NCBI RefSeq assembly: GCF_009914755.1 | Contig: NC_060927.1 | Reading direction: 5' to 3' (one strand) | Source of the DNA: the human T2T-CHM13v2.0 reference genome, Homo sapiens | Length of the DNA: 64,000 bases | In this document: one piece after another, positions 60,521 to 64,000 of the stretch | How positions within the stretch are numbered: the stretch's first letter is position 1 | Layout of the letters: each line of letters begins with the position of its first letter | The notes under the pieces: generated by a model | Seen by the model: only the letters and a program-made list of their open reading frames with translations | Databases searched by the model: none | Told to the model about the DNA's origin: nothing | Program-made: the position numbers and the translations under genes

Positions 60521-63500
60521 GAGAGTGGGTGTTGGAACTTCCACTGTGCTGAGCTGATCTCCATGACAGCTTGCATCATACTGTATTCTAATTTTCCGAT
60601 CCCTGTGGCTTTCATACCATGGGCCCCACACATTGTTTGTCTGACACCAGTTTCCCCAGAGCCATCTTCCCTGACAGGGCCAGACTCCAGGTTTGACTAT
60701 GCCTGCCTCTCTCTTGCTGCTCTGCTGACTTAGCATAGCATGAGTCACTCTTGCTCTGAGAAACAAAGTTCTGAGAAAACTGAGCCAACAAACAGGTGAC
60801 AGAAAAATAAAACTCCTAGCGTAAGGGATTTGGAGCACGTAGGGGTGGAAAAATCACTCTGGAGTTGTCAGATGAACCTGATCCAGATAAATACTCTGGG
60901 CTTGGATGAACAATCAGATAGCAAACTAAATAAAAGTGCATTTTGAGTACTGTTTGAAACAGTGATGTGTAAATACCTTCTATACCTTGAGAAAGGCCCT
61001 CATAGTAACAATGGAGATGTTGTCACAGAACCAAACTATAATATTTGGACTATGAAAAAAACAGAAGATAGAACATTGGAGCCAATGAATCCACATTTTC
61101 CCTGTCACTGCCATCTGGAAAATCAGCCATTATACCCTCAGGGTTTCAAGATCTTAGAAGAAACCCTGAAAAGGCAGGAACGGGCCTCCCACTGTCTTCC
61201 TTGCACTTGAGGCCTGGCATCTACAGCCAACTCTCTGCTCCACCAGCTGTATAATGTTAGGCAGGTGGTTTACCTCATTGTCTCTGCCTCAGTTTTCTCA
61301 CGTGTAAAATGTGAATAAATAATGGGCCTCCTAGAGTCTTTTTGAGTGCTTAATACATGATGGGCATTATAATTTTATAATGTATAATTTTTTCAGCACT
61401 GAGCCTGTCAATATGTTCTGCAAATTGCCACCTCAGACTTGGAGGCATTCCAAGACAGCCAAGCTCAGCTAAGGCCTCCAGGAATGGAAAGGAAATAAGT
61501 TCCTCCATTTACCTAGCCCAAGTTCCTTGCTGGACCTATTGACCTTCCACCTTCCTAGGTAGAGAGCAATTTGGATATTCTTTGTTTAAATAAATAAATA
61601 AGTACTAAGTAATACTTATGAGTATTTTCTTAGACATGTTCAGCAAAAAGGAAAACTCATGCTGGCTGTAGAGGCTTCACTACCAACTGCTCAGCACACA
61701 AGTTTGCATGGCATTAGCTTTCCCTAGCAGGCCACCAACCTGGCACCAGGCCCCACACTCAAATCTGGAGCTCTCTTTCCTGACCAGAGCTCTATCCCAT
61801 GCTCTGATGGTCTGAGTCAGCTCACATGTTTTGCCTCTCCCAATTGAGCTGCAGAAATTCTCTCTTCTATTCTGTTACCTGCTTCACCTCCCCAGCCACA
61901 ATATGCCAAATCATGAACTGTCCGATGATGGGGTGGTGCCTGCCTGCAGGGCCACTACCTCTGGCTGTCTCCCTGAGTGTTTACTGCTAATTTAAGCTCT
62001 GCAGGGGAACTCTGTTCACAGGGACATGGCCCCTGGGGTGAAAGAGGTCTCACTCTGACTCGCACTCAGTCCCAAACCAGGCTGTGACAAGGAATAAACA
62101 GGGATTCTCAGGGAAGAAGAGAGACATTCTTCAGGCTTTTCTACCTGAAAGGGTAAGCTTCATCCTAGAAAAGGCTAGAAAATGTGATGGACTCAATCAA
62201 CAGATCTTCTAAAATCCAAGGACATTTGCTTTCTACCACAAAGAAAAATGAGGGTGGAATTTTTCTTCTCAAATGTGCCTAAGCCACTATTTGGAAAGGA
62301 AGTTTGATATTTGCAACTACGGTTTTCTCAATAATCAGTTAGCAACAATTTTAAAAATCAAGAATTGAGACAGAAATAAACAGTCAGAAATGAGCTTGGT
62401 ACATCACAGTTGAAGTCAACACTGTGACAGTAAAATAGTTAATCCTGGGTTCACAGCTGTGGGATAATTCAGAAAAAAAAAATGTTTTTTCTATTTTTCT
62501 ATTTGCTGAGTGCTAAAGACTAGGTTCTCTCTCTAATCCCAGGCCACTTTATCCTAATAAATAAGGAAGTTGTGCTTATTAACAGGAGCTTAATAAGATT
62601 GCAGCCCCTTTAAATATCCTGAAGACACTGGCGGCTCTCCTCTCCAGCAGCAAACTGTGGTGGGCATCTTAAGGTCATTTCCTGTCCTGTCCTTGACCAC
62701 TGGCTGCAGCCTGTGGACATGGCTGACCAGGGCACAGGGCCACAAGACTCATCTTTCTTCCAGCACGTGGATATGAGGGCAGCATCATTTCGCAGAAAAG
62801 CAAATACAATTTTGTTTTATTTTGTCTAATATGGTTCTGGCACAACACAAGCTGTCCCTATTCTAAGGCTGGAGAATTTGATTTCCTCTCTGGCCTGTGG
62901 AAATGGGCTCAGCATATAGCCCTATTTAATCACAGAATGTTAACACTAATCTGACTAAGATGGCTGACTTGAGGTGCTCCCCAGGCTGCAGCAAACAGTG
63001 CTAATCCTTCTAGCTGAACCTGGGCCCAACTTCAGAGAACAGAGCGGTTGGCTGTTTAATCACTCATGAAGGCATGACTGATTGAAACCATCATATACTT
63101 CCCCAGCTCAAAATGCATATGATTTTTTTCACTGGGAGGAAAAAACACATTACTATTTTGACAGTTGGCACCAGAATCCCACTGAGGGGAGAGAACAGTG
63201 AGTTCTAGCAACAGTAATGTACATTCATTCTGATACTCCTTTCAGTGCCATTTTCAACCCTCCACTCCATTATCTCTAAATGCTCAGTAAAAGTCTAGTA
63301 TCCTAGTATCCTGAAGCCTTGGGGAATGAAGGCAAAGATGGTGTGAGAGAGGAGAGCCCCTGCAGATGCTGGAAGAAATGGTAGAAGCCAAGAAACAGCA
63401 AAGAAACAGGTGGCAGTGTGGGCAAACTCGGAAATGCAGACACAGGAGAAAGCTTGCTGACAGGGGCAGGGAATGGGGAAACAGCCAAAAGGGGTAGACT

Positions 63501-64000
63501 GCCTTGGTTCTGATATATGAAAAGGGCTTTCCAAGTGGTAGACATTTGAATTCAATGAATATTTTGCCCAAGACATCTGCAATGATAACTCATATGTAAT
63601 CTAATACACTGACATTTTGCAAAATATAATCTCAGAAGCACTTTCTATGTGAATAATATTGTAAACATCATTTTCAGTGGTGTCATAATAGTCTATTGAG
63701 CAGATTTGCCATGGTTTATTTAATGTTTCCCTATTTTGGACTTTTAAATAAATTCAAATGTTTAGCTATTAAGGATAATGGTGTTATGAACATCTTTAGA
63801 CAGAAAGCTTTTACCACAGTTAGGATAACTTCCTCATGATGAATTCCCAGCAATGAAGTTCACTGGGTTAGATAGCATGAAATTTTTGAACTTTTGATAA
63901 ATAGTGATAAAGTGGTTTTCATTTCCATCAATACTGATAAGGATCCTAGTTTCTCTGCACCTGGGAATCTCAGTTTCTCTGCACAAGGGAAACTATTAAA

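Overview
Human genomic DNA covering most of the CD86 (B7-2) gene on the + strand plus about 29 kb of repeat-rich downstream intergenic sequence. Human origin is inferred from protein identity and a human-type AluYa5. Six coding exons are present with GT-AG boundaries: signal peptide 5584-5633, IgV 17480-17815, IgC 20166-20468, TM 23247-23390, cytoplasmic 32030-32075 and 33418-33514. The 3' UTR ends after AATAAA at 35094. The first exon(s) lie upstream of the window. The rest is mostly transposable elements: Alus, MIR/L2, old L1M, DNA transposons, a THE1 element lacking its 5' LTR, a 5'-inverted L1PA2 and a full-length dead L1PA3. I found no credible previously undescribed gene system. The best observations are local structures: a 35-bp inverted repeat in apparently unique DNA, a 19-bp direct repeat bracketing the TM exon, several templated-insertion scars, and nested retrotransposon histories. 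Repeat subfamily calls and SNP identities come from memory of consensus sequences, not from a database search; old-repeat boundaries are approximate.
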